From Octopus sinensis (Eukaryota), in the NCBI RefSeq assembly GCF_006345805.1, contig NC_042999.1, positions 93,744,001-93,808,000 on the forward strand: DNA of 64,000 nt, given 5' to 3'. Below the pieces are notes generated by a model. It was not told the origin of the DNA. It did not search any database and saw only the letters and a program-made list of their open reading frames with translations. Below are positions 1 to 13,379 of the stretch, one piece after another; position 1 is the first letter of the stretch; every line of letters begins with the position of its first letter. A program made the translations under genes and the position numbers.

Positions 1-109
1 CTTTCATAGACTGATTTTTCATATCATTCCATTAAAAGATTATGTATGTAAATTATGTTACATACATACGCACGCTCACTCACACGCACACACGAGTATT
101 TCGTTCGGC

Positions 110-545
110 GTTAACAGCCCTTCTTATCTTGTTTTTCCTTGTCCTGTCTTTTACTGTTTATAATTGGTACTGTGGTTACTGTCCTGTTTTTGTTAGCATT
201 TTTTACCCCTCTGCGAAAAGATCTCAGAATTTTAATTGATTTGCTTTTCGCAGGAAGGAAAGTTTCTTGTCGAAGATACGTCTCGCTTTTATCCTTCGAA
301 ACGTAGAGTAGATGAAACCATAGCGACTGAAGAAGGGTTTTTTTCTTTGCGTTAATTGTCCTGTACTCTATTTTTTTGTTGTTTAAAAAAATGTCCAGTT
401 CCTTTGGTTTGTGTCTATGTATTCGTTTCTCATTGTGTTCGACGTCTTTTGGTATCCTGTACTCATATATGTGTGTATATGTACATGTAGAGGTAGGTAC
501 GTACATATATGTCTTATATATATGCATATGTTTTATTTTATTTTT
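110..545 (+). mobile_element. Non-coding repeat family C, probably PLE-derived; carries a rearranged hammerhead
   Basis: Homologous by eye to 13380-13760, 34385-34990, 49050-49480 and 50165-50400; ends in a TA/GATA microsatellite. Confidence 0.8.
262..337 (+). ncRNA. Candidate non-circularly permuted hammerhead ribozyme (family C, core complete)
   Basis: TACG-TC(282)-TCGCT ... CCTTC-GAAA(298-301)-CGTA ... AGCGA-CTGAAGA(327-333)-AGGG. Stem III TACG/CGTA, stem I TCGCT/AGCGA, outer stem GTTTC/GAAAC. Stem II register is weak. Confidence 0.7.
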
Positions 546-555
546 TTATTTATTA

Positions 556-575
556 ATATATATATATATATATAT

Positions 576-614
<39 letters not shown>

Positions 615-664
615 CATACATACATACATACATACATACATACATACATACATACATACATACA
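556..664. repeat. Compound microsatellite (TA)n-(GATA)n-(CATA)n
   Basis: Directly visible. Confidence 0.98.
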
Positions 665-1262
665 TCGATGTATAGTTGAAATTTATAGAAAAGAAAAGGA
701 CGAAATCAGGTGTTGAGCAATAAGCAAATGTAATAGTTTGACGTTCAGAAAATTGAATAAATCAGTAGTCCAGCATGGCGAACGATTGAAAAGAAAGGAA
801 GGGAGATAATAATTTTTAAAAATGAGGTTAAATGAAAGGGAGGTAATAAAGTGATAGTGACCCCAACATGACAAGATGTGCGCGCGAGTACGTATGTGAG
901 AATGGTGTGTATGATTGTATAAGTGTGTGTGTGTGAGTTGTGTATAGCAGTTAATGTGTGCATTTTCAAGTGGTGTGTGCACATGTGTGTGTGTCTGTGA
1001 CCAAATAGTGTGCATGCATGTGGTGATATTTTGGAAACATCTTGCACATGCCAATGCTACTAGTCGAGAGCTCCACATACAGGAAGCCAGCAAGTGTATG
1101 GGCTCATCAGTAGAGTATGCGTGACAATTCGGAGCCTACCTCTCAACGGCGTCATTGCGCACCGCCCCCACTCGTTGATATAAGACCCCGCTTGCTAGAT
1201 CAACTGGTTATCAAATAAATCTCAATATTCTTCTAGCCATCGCTTATCGTCTTTTTTTCCAA

Positions 1263-1525
1263 CTAAATCCCATGGCTAGCTTTTTCCACTGTATTTTGGA
1301 TACCGGTCATGTCGGTATTTACTTTACAATGAGTTAGGTCTAACGATAACAACTGTAGACTCACACTGTGTTCAACAAACCCACCACATCCGACTTCGAT
1401 TAGAAAATGCTCCACTTTCCAGCCTGCGCTTTCACATTCCTCGAGGAGGTTTACGTAACTGTCAATTTTTTGCGCCCGAGCTCGAGCAGCGTCCATGTTA
1501 TCTTCACGAGGAACCGTGGACGAAA
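1263..1525 (-). pseudogene. 3' end of a non-LTR retrotransposon with restriction-like endonuclease (HERO/NeSL-like)
   Basis: Translation TVPREDNMDAA...KIDSYVNLLEECESAGWKVEHFLIEVGCGGFV resembles the RLE motif (ELTVPWE..A..RK..KY..L..EC...GW.....EVGCRGF) recalled from family consensus. Confidence 0.8.
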
Positions 1526-1854
1526 GTTATTTTTGTCTGTCTATGTTTCATGTATTAATGCGTGAAGCGTGTGTATGTATATATATCCTGTGTTCAAGTA
1601 TTGTGAGCTTGTATGGGTGTGGGAGTATATATTGTCTGTGTTCAGGTATTATGTGTGGGTGTGGAAATGCGTATGATGGAGCGTGGTGTGCGTACTGAGT
1701 TAAACAGTGTGTTTGTGGCTACCCATACAGTGGCATGTGTGGTGACGCTATTGAAAATTGTGTGTGGGTGTGTGGATGACGGTGTGTATTTGGGTGCTGG
1801 AATGTAGAGTGGTGTGGGGATAGTATAATATGAAGGGAGTAGGTGGGATTGTTG

Positions 1855-2110
1855 TCAGATGGAGAGAGGAGGTGAATTGAGTTCATGTGACGCAAGTGAG
1901 CGAAGAGAGCCTATTAAATACTGTTCACGGTGAAGTAGGGAGATCGGATGGGCCTTGCGCAAAGACAGTCCGAACACAGACATATGTTGAAGTGAATGAC
2001 CGGTCGAGCAGAAATAGCGCGAGACCAGTGTGTCACTGCCGAGTCTGGTGTCTCGGAATTTCACCTATCGTGGTTTATTATTTAAAGCTACGTCGAGTCC
2101 TATGTGGTGT
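1855..2110 (-). pseudogene. Penelope-like element GIY-YIG endonuclease C-terminal fragment
   Basis: VSRYFCSTGHSLQHMSVFGL...REQYLIGSLRSLASHELN fits the PLE pattern V..HF....HS...M.V.GL...R...EQ.LI..L.TL.P.GLN. Confidence 0.7.
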
Positions 2111-2239
2111 TGTCTTACATTTATAATAAAATAAATATTTACAAATTATAAAAGTAAAAAAATAAAAATATACAGAACAATACTGTTTCTACTTCGTGGA
2201 TTTTCACCTATTGCGGGGATTTTTTGGAACGTATATAGG

Positions 2240-2403
2240 TATATATACAACGGAATCTTTCAATTTCCGTCTACCAAATCGACTCACAAGACTTTGGTCG
2301 GCCCGACGTTATAGTAGAAATCATTTGCCCGAGGTGTCACAGTGGGACTGAAATCAGAACCATATGGTTGTGAAGCAATCGTCTTACCACAGAACCATGC
2401 CTT
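2240..2403 (-). mobile_element. tRNA-derived SINE, 5' part (same family as 38529-38980)
   Basis: Reverse complement of the tRNA-like head and core seen at 38529-38700. Confidence 0.8.
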
Positions 2404-3094
2404 CATACAAAAAGTATTCATGTACTATGTCTATATTTATTACATATATATGGCTCTACAAGTTCTGCAAGTATACTGGCTAAATGTTGTGATCCCCACC
2501 ACAGGAATCTGTCACTCCTCATCAAGCGGTGTTGTATCAATAGCCATTCCATTTTAAGCACATAATTTTTTTATATCCATCTAATTCGCCGAGTGAGTGA
2601 ATGTACGTTAAACCACGCGTGTGCATATGATTATAATTCTTGTAAGTTTGTACGAGCCTGTGTCCGGGTTCCAGAATCGTGAGCGTAGGCATTTGTACAT
2701 CCATATCTACTAACCGTTATATTCAATTTTTTTTTTCGCTGCATCGTGTATTTGTTTCTTTTTGCATCTGGTATTTGTTATTGACCTTTCATAGTAACGA
2801 AGCTGCATCGCTTAATTTGCTTCATGTGTATACATATACCAAGAAGAAATTTTACAGAACAAACGTTATTTTGATTAGATACATCCTGTCTCCTGAGAAA
2901 ACTCATCTATGCCGACGGCTACACCTAAACCGGATGTTCAGTATCCTATCCATACGGAACAATTGGTAGATAAGTCGAAACAATTGTAGTGATCAAGAAA
3001 ATTCTCTTATCTTCAATCTTCCGTCTTTCTCATTAATCGAATATACATACATACATAAACACACACAAAGACACACACACACACACACACACAA

Positions 3095-3196
<102 letters not shown>

Positions 3197-4539
3197 AAAT
3201 ATGCATGTATCTGTGCGTGCGTCCGCGTGTGCTTGTGCGTTTGTGTGTGTGTGTGTGTGTGTTTAAATACTTGAACGAGAGCTGCTTGTCATTAAAACAT
3301 AGTCTCATGATTTCATATTGCCTCAGCACAACGACTATAACCTCACTCAAATTCTTGCAAGAATTTTTTATATTATCATATATTGGTAGCTGTATGTCTG
3401 GAAAATATAATATGCATATTTTAACATTGGAGGAAGAATGATGAAACTTTTTAATCTTAGAAATTGATTTGTAATTAAAATTACCAGAGATTTTAATAGC
3501 TATATTTAGTTTAATGCTGGATATACTGAAATATTTAAGAGGTATTTGTGAAAGCACAACTGATTAGTAATTGTAATGGAACACCACGTTTTTTATTATA
3601 ATGAGGTCATAGAAGCCACTGTAATTACACAATACAGTGCTAGTTATGATGAAATATTTTAATAGCGGCTGTAAAGATAAATATTTGTGGCGATTTTAAT
3701 GTTACATCAATATAACTGCTTTTATACTTGCAGTGTTTGTTTATTAAAACTGTTCAAAGTTTCTTGTATTGAAACAGTTAAAGGACGATTTGACTCACAC
3801 AACTGAGAACCAGTTGTAATGAAACAAGTTAGTGTTTGCAATAGTATGCCTCTGTGATTTGTCTAGTGACATAGCACATCAGTTGGTGACACAATACATC
3901 TTAAAAGTGCAAGGGAAGAAATCTTTCAACAGTGTGATAAACTCTCTAGAGTTTCTGTTGTATGTTGTAAATTGGGAGAACTCTCCAAATTATCTCAACT
4001 AGAACATTCTAATTATCTCAACTAGAACATATAAGTCATATTTTCTTTTATCTCTGATATAAGATATCCATTTATGATTAAGAGCTGCGTTATGTCACAA
4101 AATTTGTTATTCATTCGTTCATGATGGTAGTCATATTTCAGTGTAACACTTAACGTTTTTGCTCTTTGATACAATCTACCCACAGTGTGGATAACTATGG
4201 GTCTTGAGAGGGCTAAGCTGTTCTCTTTACATTTCCTAGAAATAGAAGGTGTAGTGATTATCTACACGTAACAATTGACAGGAACACGTACATTATATGC
4301 TCTTCAGTGCAGCGTCCCCTGCAAACTGCACATTACGTACCAATATGTGGTAACACTTATTATGATCGTAGCAAAAACAGAAAAGCTGACTATACTTTAC
4401 TATTGAACATCGGCACATCTTTGGTCACAAGATAAATATTTTCGAAATTTTACATCTAGCGGTTAGACAAGACGAATGCTCATGTAATGAACAACTGATA
4501 CAGCATGCGTGCACACACACCAATACACACACATATACA

Positions 4540-4670
<131 letters not shown>

Positions 4671-4957
4671 AGAGAGAGTGAGTGAGAGAGAGAGGGGGAG
4701 AGGCAGATAGATAGATTCAGAAGTAATAATTGCAGAAAGAATTAGCTGGTATATTTATTTCTTGATTTTACAATTCTTACAAAATACATGGGTTGCAAAG
4801 CAGATATTACGTATGTAGATACGGATGAGAACAATGATACAGCCATGTCCATTAATTACATCATAAAATATAATTACAAAATGATTGGTACCTGAAAAAA
4901 ATGTTGGATCATCTGACATCATTTACACCACCCCACCCTCATTCATATATGCATTTA

Positions 4958-5113
4958 CAGGGTTGGCCAAAATCACCTGACAGTAAATCAAAACCATTTC
5001 ATGTTCAAACTAAAGTACTTCTTTAGCGACACCATTTTTCCAAATGAATAAATAAAATTGAAAATTATTCATGGAATTTTGATTTACTGTCTGGTGACTT
5101 TGGGCAAAACCTG
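4958..5113. mobile_element. Tc1/mariner-type MITE, ~156 bp
   Basis: Imperfect ~36-bp TIRs CAGGGTTGGCCAAAATCACCTGACAGTAAATCAAAA / TTTTGATTTACTGTCTGGTGACTTTTGGGCAAAACCTG; TA on the left flank, CA on the right. Confidence 0.8.
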
Positions 5114-5561
5114 CAGATATATATGTGTATGTATGTATGTATATATATATTATATCTAGATATAAATACGCTATGTGTACATGTGGTTAGGTAATGAAGT
5201 TTGCACATTTTGGTCGTAAGTTGTATACACGAATAATCTAGAAATATTTGACGAACTAATTCCATCCACTTATCTGTCTGTTTAAGTATTCCACCGCTAC
5301 TCTGTCACTTTCGCCGTTCCTTCTCTCCTAATGTCTTCTGTAAGTCATGGCACTTTGCTTTCTCTAGTTGATGTGCGTGCATATATTTGAATTATGTAAT
5401 TGTTACACAACATTAAATGCAGCTACTCATTTTCTACTGATTGGAATCTGCGTGACTATAGAATGATGCATGCACTTATTTATTTGGAATATGTGTAAAT
5501 ATGTCCAGTTATCTAAGTAGACATTTATGAAAATCATTTCTTATAAACAGCTAATTTTCAG

Positions 5562-5839
5562 GCTATTTAGAGTGCAGCGGTTAACAGCTAATATTTGTCA
5601 GTCTGATAATGGCCTGTTCTATGAAAAACAAAATGAGGTACATCGTGATGTGATTCACTGAAACGATTACACTTAATTGCCTTTCTTTTGAAATTACTAC
5701 TGAAATTACGTATCATCAGAAATTTATGATTAACGCACTCTTAAAGGAAAACTTTTCCAAATTAACTTCCTCATCTCACTAGAACACTTAAGTTTAGCAC
5801 GACTCAATGAGCCCCAACAATCATGCAATCTCCGAAAAG
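5562..5839 (+). CDS. Two candidate small exons (5562-5637, 5798-5839) of an unidentified gene
   Basis: AG/GT boundaries; open, phase-compatible reading LFRVQRLTANICQSDNGLFYEKQNE + HDSMSPNNHAISEK; no homology recognised. Confidence 0.25.
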
Positions 5840-7249
5840 GTGATATCTTATTCACAGCTGTGTTCTGATAATCAATTTTATCACAGCACATCTGTTAAAA
5901 ACGTATCATCTCTTCGGAGATTGCACATTTTTATAAAATTTTGAGTTAGACTTCTCATATAAAGTTCAGGCAAAAATTTCAAATAAAACAGTGCTTAAAA
6001 TACTTATTGACTTTTGTAATATAGGTTTCTTTGTACTATTTACTCTTAATAGGAAGAATTAAGGTGTAAAATGTATTATACCTATATCAATTAAATATGA
6101 GTCAAACAAATGATTTTGCGTTATTCGTTTTACTTCAAACCTATATAATAATAAGCTTACCCTGGTCAGCAGTCATTTATGTAACAAGACTGAAACCATT
6201 ATTTCTAAGCTTACTTTTCAAGTTATATCAGATATACAAATTCATATTATATGTTATTTCATTGCGCACACCGTTGCCTTGATCATAATTGAACATTTCC
6301 TGTGCTAGCTGTCCGAGAACAAGCTATTAATACAAATGAATCTAGTAAACTGTTAATGACATACCGACAAAAGTTATTTGAAATGATTGCAACATTTGAA
6401 CCGTCACGATGTTTCTTGTCTTCGGTACGTTATTGTGTCCGGAAACTATAATAGACGCTCAAATAGTCCAATCTATCTAACTGTACCACTTTATAAGAAG
6501 AAAGCAACTAAATAAATTATGAACTGACGAATCACATGTTTCTCAGTGCAACATATCTTGTGTAGAACGGTTATCTCTTGAGACCTCGACAGAAACACAC
6601 CCGTAGTATCATGCTCTTTCTTCTATGAAGTACAAAGATAATGACATAGTGTTAAGGTAAAATGTGTTTTTACTATTTATAAGTAATACATATAAGTGCA
6701 TAAATCTTAGTGTCGGTTGATAAGGTTTTGTGGGATTAAAAGAGCATCATCTTTTGAAAGAACGACAGAGAAACTAGCATGGGGAAACAAAGGGCCGAGA
6801 TGGCTTATCTATAATATGAATCTCGTTCTGTGTACGCGTGTGTAAAAGATTATAACGGCCATATTTTTCAACTAATTTTCTCTAACTTTGCAACATGCAT
6901 TACTTATGTTCCAGGGATTTAGACGCTTACAATGTTTCACATAATGAGTAATAGGACTCCCGGGGGCAGAAAATACCAGTTCCTGGGTTATGTGGAGAAG
7001 GGAGGTAACTCTTTGTGAAGTAAATTTCATTGGTCAAAAGATTATCAGTCTCATCTAAAATATAAAATAGAGGTGAGTGTGTATTATCTTTTCACGCGTA
7101 TCTCTATCTCTCTATCATTCGCTCTATATCTATCTTTCTGTCTCTATCTGGCTACATCTTATCTACCTATATCTATCTTATTTATCTAACTAGTTAGCTC
7201 TCTCTAACTCCCACTCTCTATATTCCACTCACTCTCTATTGTTTTCACT

Positions 7250-8470
7250 TTAATTTTTCAGACACTATTGTTTGCACTTTAAGTTCAATCGCTATTGTTT
7301 TCACTGTTAGTTTTCAATCGATATTTACAAACAAAAATGACAAAGTTCACAATTACTGAGGAAGGTTTTTCATACATAATTTACTGACAGAAGTAACTTC
7401 ATAAAATTTGCTTCAATCTGTACACTTCGTTAAATTTGCCAACATATTTCTCATTTAATTTTGCTATGTTTTGTGCTTTTTGTTGTTGACAGAATTGCTG
7501 ATAAAAGTAAAGTCATAATTTACTGATTGAAATAATTTCCAAAATTTCACTTAAATCCGTACACTTTCTTAATTTTCCTAAATATTTCTAATTTACTTTT
7601 GCAATGGCTTTGTGTTTTTCAGTTGTTAACGATTTTTTGTCTGCTTCTTTCGATAGTGGCCCTTTGGTTCACTAAGTGACGAATTTCGTTTCAACCCGTA
7701 CAATTCTTTATTTTCCGTAAAATGCTCCAATTTACTTTCTGCCCGTTGTATTAAGGAATATACTTTCCGTTACCCAGTTATTTTCATTGTTTACTATCTT
7801 CTGCACCCTTATATTTCTGTATAGGTACATAAACATGCCTAGAAGGAAAGTGTCAGGTTTATCTACAATGTCAATGTCAGCCAAAAGAATGTCTTTGTCC
7901 AAGGAGAGACAGCTGCAGAAAGGGAAGCATACCAAGAAACAAACAGACTGCGCACTGCAAAAGCCAGAGCATCTTCAAGTAATGAGCAGAATTATGCACT
8001 GCTGACAAGGAATTGGATCTCCACTGCAGAACGAAAACCAGTTGCAACAGCTCAGAGAAGCAGCTTTTATGAAGAAGCTTTCAATTACGATATAGCAGTT
8101 CATTATGCAGATGATACTAGAGTTTCCATTGGTGCAACGACGACTGTGTGCATACATTGTAGAGCAAGGAATTGGCATGGAGAGACACCTGCACTGCAAT
8201 GGTGGAAATGTTAAGCTCCCTGCAATCCCCCGACCTCCAGAGCCATTAAAGAAGCTGTTGTTAACTGAGCAAGATTCCAAGCACTTCCAAAACAAAATTA
8301 GACAATACAACGCTGCAATACAGATGGAATCATTTGGAGCCACAAGAGATTTAACTGAATCAGGATTCATGCAAACTTCAGGGTCAGATTTATCATCGGA
8401 TTGACTCTTTGCTACCTCTGTCAAATGGATCACCTGTTTTTTTTTATTACGAAATAAGATACACAAAACG
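7250..8470 (+). mobile_element. Helitron 5' fragment with frameshifted N-terminal Rep/helicase coding remnant
   Basis: HCNGGNVKLPAIPRPPEPLKKLL...SKHFQNKIRQYNAAIQMESFGA fits the Helitron N-terminal block; a ~140-bp tandem duplication lies upstream at 7375-7640. Confidence 0.85.
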
Positions 8471-8499
8471 TATTCTTGAATTACGTGTATACATATATG

Positions 8500-8880
8500 A
8501 ATTGAAAACTGTATCTTTACATTTCATTTAACGTTGATGTTCCATGCTGTCATGGGCTGGGGAGTTATTAATGTAGAAAGTTGGTATCTCAGCTACTAGC
8601 AGTTAAGACCTGCGTAATCTGGACGACGTTTCACTCTTCTCTGTAACCTGAGCAACATTTTGTGTTGCTTAGTTCGTAATCAGAATACAGGTACAGGTTA
8701 TAAAAATGAAAGGCCGAATTTGGTGATCAATTTGATAGAGGTAGCAAAGAGCTAATCCAATGATAAATCTGACCTTGGATCTTGAAATTTTGCATGAATC
8801 CTGACTCAGTTATATCTCTTGGTGCTCCAAATGATGTCATCTGTAATGCAGTGTTTTGTTGACTAATTTTGCTACGGTCA
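8500..8880 (-). pseudogene. Second Helitron coding fragment, inverted relative to the first
   Basis: NTALQMTSFGAPRDITESGFMQNFKIQGQIYHWISSLLP is homologous to 8290-8430. Confidence 0.85.
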
Positions 8881-8897
8881 TATCTGTAGTATAGGAC

Positions 8898-8937
<40 letters not shown>

Positions 8938-11900
8938 CGTATGTATGTGTGCGTGCGTACGCTTGTATTTGTATATAATACATTCGCATATAGATATATT
9001 CTACATGCATGCATCAAATCATTCTTTCATACATACAGTAATTATCCACAGTAGGTCAGCTGATATTCGTTCTCATTTGTAATGCTATCGTCTACATCTT
9101 TGCAATTAACGTAAGACTTGCTAAAAAAATCTTGTAAAGTGTCTTCGTTCGTTAAATGTAAATGTATGCTTTTGTAATGAGAATCAAATCTGCAATGAAG
9201 TAGGTAGAAAATTTAAACTGAAAATTAATAAGCTAATTACTACAACATACGCCATGTCAAAATAATCTGCAATGTCAGCTGTTGCAGATTGCAGAGCCAT
9301 CAACGCTGGATCCGATTAAATCGGAGACTATGGAGAACTCTTCTATGCATTATATAAAGAAACTGGAATGCTACATGGCGGTAAGATATCGCAGTTCCTT
9401 GCATTTTATTACAAATTACTTTCATAAACCACTATTATTCACAAGTATATACAGCAGTACCAGCAAAACTAATCATTAAAACTGTCTAGTAAATAAGTTT
9501 CCGCAACCCAGAAAGGAACTCGCAAAACAGGAGCCACAACTTAAGCAAAAAAATAATATCAACTATGCGATTATTATTGTTACAAGGATGTGTGTTAGTA
9601 GCTTCCGTGCCAACAGAAATGAGGGGGAAATACAAATATACAAATATCTAAAAATATAGCTTACAGCATGATATGACTTTTTATATCATATATTTTTAAT
9701 AATACACTTCTTGCTGTAATTTTACATAAACAGATATTCGTCATATACGTCTCCAAATAACTACATAAAAGAACGATGATGACACTTGTCAACAGATAAA
9801 CTACTTAGCTAATATTATTCATGATCAGTCAAGTGGCGACAGCGCATCTTGAAGAAAATGGAGTTTCTAACTTTAGGATATAGAATATTTTTTTTTTTGC
9901 ACTGTATTGCATACCCTCGTCAGAATACAAACAAAAATTCATTGACGGAGAAGAACATTGAGCATTTGGATGCTCTCATCAGACAGGAAATTAATAAAAT
10001 ATTCAGAACAGCCACGGGTAAATCAAAGTTACTGAAATGGAATTCAATTACCCTCAAACACCAACTACATGCGGTCAACAGGTTTTTCACCTAAGAAATA
10101 ATATGATTATTGTACTACCAACAGTAATTTTAGCTATAACATACAGTGTGTATATTGCAGTTTGACAAGATTTCCTTTCATACAGAAATGCTTCTTCACT
10201 GACAGATCTAGAATAATTCTGAGAACATGAATCTAGTTCTTGGACTGACTATTTAAAACATAAATAAACAACACAACAAAGTAGTCTAGTTAAATTGTAT
10301 TGAAATTTCTTTTAAACTTTTTATGTTGTTCACACTCCGAAATCATACTATATTTATTAGGGTTGCTGTTAATGTTACTGACTGACATCTCGATGTAGAA
10401 GATCAAATCTACTAAGTGGAAATTAGATGTAATTTCTCATAATATGTGGTATCCGCGTATGTACTGCAGGGATATGATTGTTTACTGCTTTGATTAAAAT
10501 ACTGCAAATATCAAATTGCTTTTTTCATTCTACAAATGTTGCTTGCTCGCCTAACTGCATTTTGACAAGAAAAAGTTAGCCTCGTATAAGATTTGTCTCG
10601 ATATATTTTCAGTAAATATTATACAACAATTGAAAGTATAACAGTTATATTTTAATTATTAAGTTCATACATCCCCCCAAAATGTAGTTTATAGGTTTGC
10701 TCTCTACTAAAACGACAACTATGAAAATTGTGTTTAATTTTTTTTTGCTGTTAACGCATACACAGTTTCTCGCTATTGTTGGATTTTTGTACTGTCACAT
10801 TACCTTTAGCAGACTCCAGTATGTAAAACTGATGATTCAATCAAGAATTGCTGCACATTTGTTATTTCACTAACTCAATAATATTTTCTTGTAAAGATGG
10901 GATGACGAGAATAGTACTAATGGCTGAAGCATTACTGTTGCCGATAGTATACATTATAAATTCAATAATCAGCATGTTTCTCTTCACGCCGAATGGGTGC
11001 AGTTAAGTATATATTTTCTTTGAGATATGTTTGGTCGTAGCATCATGCCTGGTCACTAATAAACTGACAAGGCGATTTCGTGGAAGTTAATATCCAAGTG
11101 AATTATAAATAAGTTAGCGTATGCAAAAATGAGGTGTAAATCATAAGCTTGTAAATGCTTCTGAAATATAAGACAATATGTGTGTCACTATTCTTTAACT
11201 ATACATGTGTGTGTGTGCGTGTGTGTGTGTGTGTGTGTGTCACAATACACCATATACAAACTTATATTCATTGAAGGAAATCCACAAAGTTTGAAATCTC
11301 TTAAGAATGTTTGGGTAGCAACATTATATCAGACAGTAAAAGAAACCAAAGGAATTAAATCATAGACTAGACAAGCCTAGGCTCCATTCGAGGAGATCAA
11401 ACAAATATTGTTAAATAAAAGTTTATTAAATATGAATATCCAAAGCTCTATGTATAGAGCACATCCACACTAAAGTTTGTGTGACTAACAATATTAAAAG
11501 ACAAATGTAAAATGTTTATCAATGCTGCACAAATATGATTTATTGGATGAACGCTGACGATACCTGAAACATATAGAATGTCAAACAATATAGTTTACAG
11601 ACACCAGCAGAAATTATCTTAATATAAGCCTGCAAATTCCTTAGGTATATTTAACTCCCTCATATTAATATATGTTGGCCTCCTCCGATATATAACTTAA
11701 GTTCTTTGACGTTTATCTCTCGCTTATCTCTTATCTCATGCATTGATGGTCTGAAAACATCTGAAGGTATTGACCTACTTGAGTATTGTTCCATTATTTC
11801 GCAAACTAGTGATATTTCCTCCGATGTTGTCTCTGTCTATTTTTGGTTATAACTCCGAAGCTATTGTTCACTTATCATCCGGAATACTAAGTAATAGTTG

Positions 11901-12879
11901 TATATTTTTCACTGTTATTGCTATAAGAACTGTTTGATATACGGATATTTCCTTCTACCCATATTGATGCTAGATTGTCAAACGATCGCATTCTTAATTG
12001 ACTGTATATAAAAAAAATAACATAAGGTAACGAGGTATACAAACCTCACTCATTTTTTTAATATCATTTCGATTTATAGTTGTTATTCATTTCTAATCAA
12101 TGATCTTGATTACACGTGAATCCTTTCCATCTATCTTCATATTCTATCGTGTTTTAAGTATTTCACCATGGTTTTCCTTATCACATGTCTTCACGTTATG
12201 AGTACAACATAAACACACATTTGTATTTCCAGTGACATTTCACTAGTGTTTCTCAATATTTTAGTTTAGGTATATGAGAATTGGCCGTATTTCTAGATCT
12301 GTGCAACAGGATATGTAATAAAATATCATCAATATAACTAATGAGGAAGAACCACCTGTGTAACAGAAGTTGCATACGGAATTATCGTTTCTAAGAGAAT
12401 GAAAGGATATAAATTATGAGTATATTAAATGTATTAACACAGACTCATTTATCTAGAATACATACACCGGTATAATTTCAAAAACGTCAAATAAAATATT
12501 CGAAATGTAAACAATAGTTTTAATTACGCAATCCCCAAGGACGTATAATTTTGTATCAGTGGTTTTGAAGTGTTTAAATAAATAATCTAATACACGTGAG
12601 GTACAGCTGGCAGAAAGTATATACTAATGAAAGAGACAAGGTAGAAAACAAATCTAAGCAGTTATAGAAATAAATTTTCATTATCTGTAGACTTGCTCGT
12701 ATGTCAGGTCGATCAGTAAGTTACATAAAATCTTTCTGGTTACAAAGTGTTGACATTAACAATAATAATAATATAGCGCATATCTAGAGACTGACAGAAA
12801 TGTTTAAGCGCTAAAATAACACTAAAATATCTTGTCAGTTTTCAACTTCAAAGGAGAACATGTCATATATATATATATA

Positions 12880-12923
<44 letters not shown>

Positions 12924-13379
12924 TTAAAATATAGTATACATACAAATATAAATACGTGTCATATATGTATATTATTTATGTATGTGTAGGAATGTATGCA
13001 TACATGCACATACATGCATAACTTAATCTAAAAAATATTGGTTTCCCAGAACGACTTTGCGAGTGGATATTATCGAAAGTCTCGAAACAATACTTGTGTG
13101 TGTGTGTGCACTTTTTCAAGTAAGCTTTGTCTTAATAATTACGATGCGCACTCTTCTATCTCTACTATCTCTTCTCTGTCTATCTCTCTCCCTCTCTTGT
13201 TCTTCATCCTTTCTGATTTTCTCTCCCACTCTTCCATATTCTTCTCTCCTCTTCACCGTTCCTTCTCTCTTACTCCTCTTCCTCAACTCTCTCGTCTCTG
13301 CCCACTACATTCCTAATCACAAAACGTGCTTTGCTTATGCTGTCTCCTCTCATAAGGTCGTCTTCTAAGCGTTCATAAT

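Noticed and set aside
1055-1120. Minus-strand CTGATGA plus a long hairpin
   Set aside because: GAAA and a UH in register are absent.
9955-9990. Minus-strand CTGATGA followed by a perfect GAGCAT/ATGCTC hairpin
   Set aside because: No GAAA and no stem I partner; likely chance.
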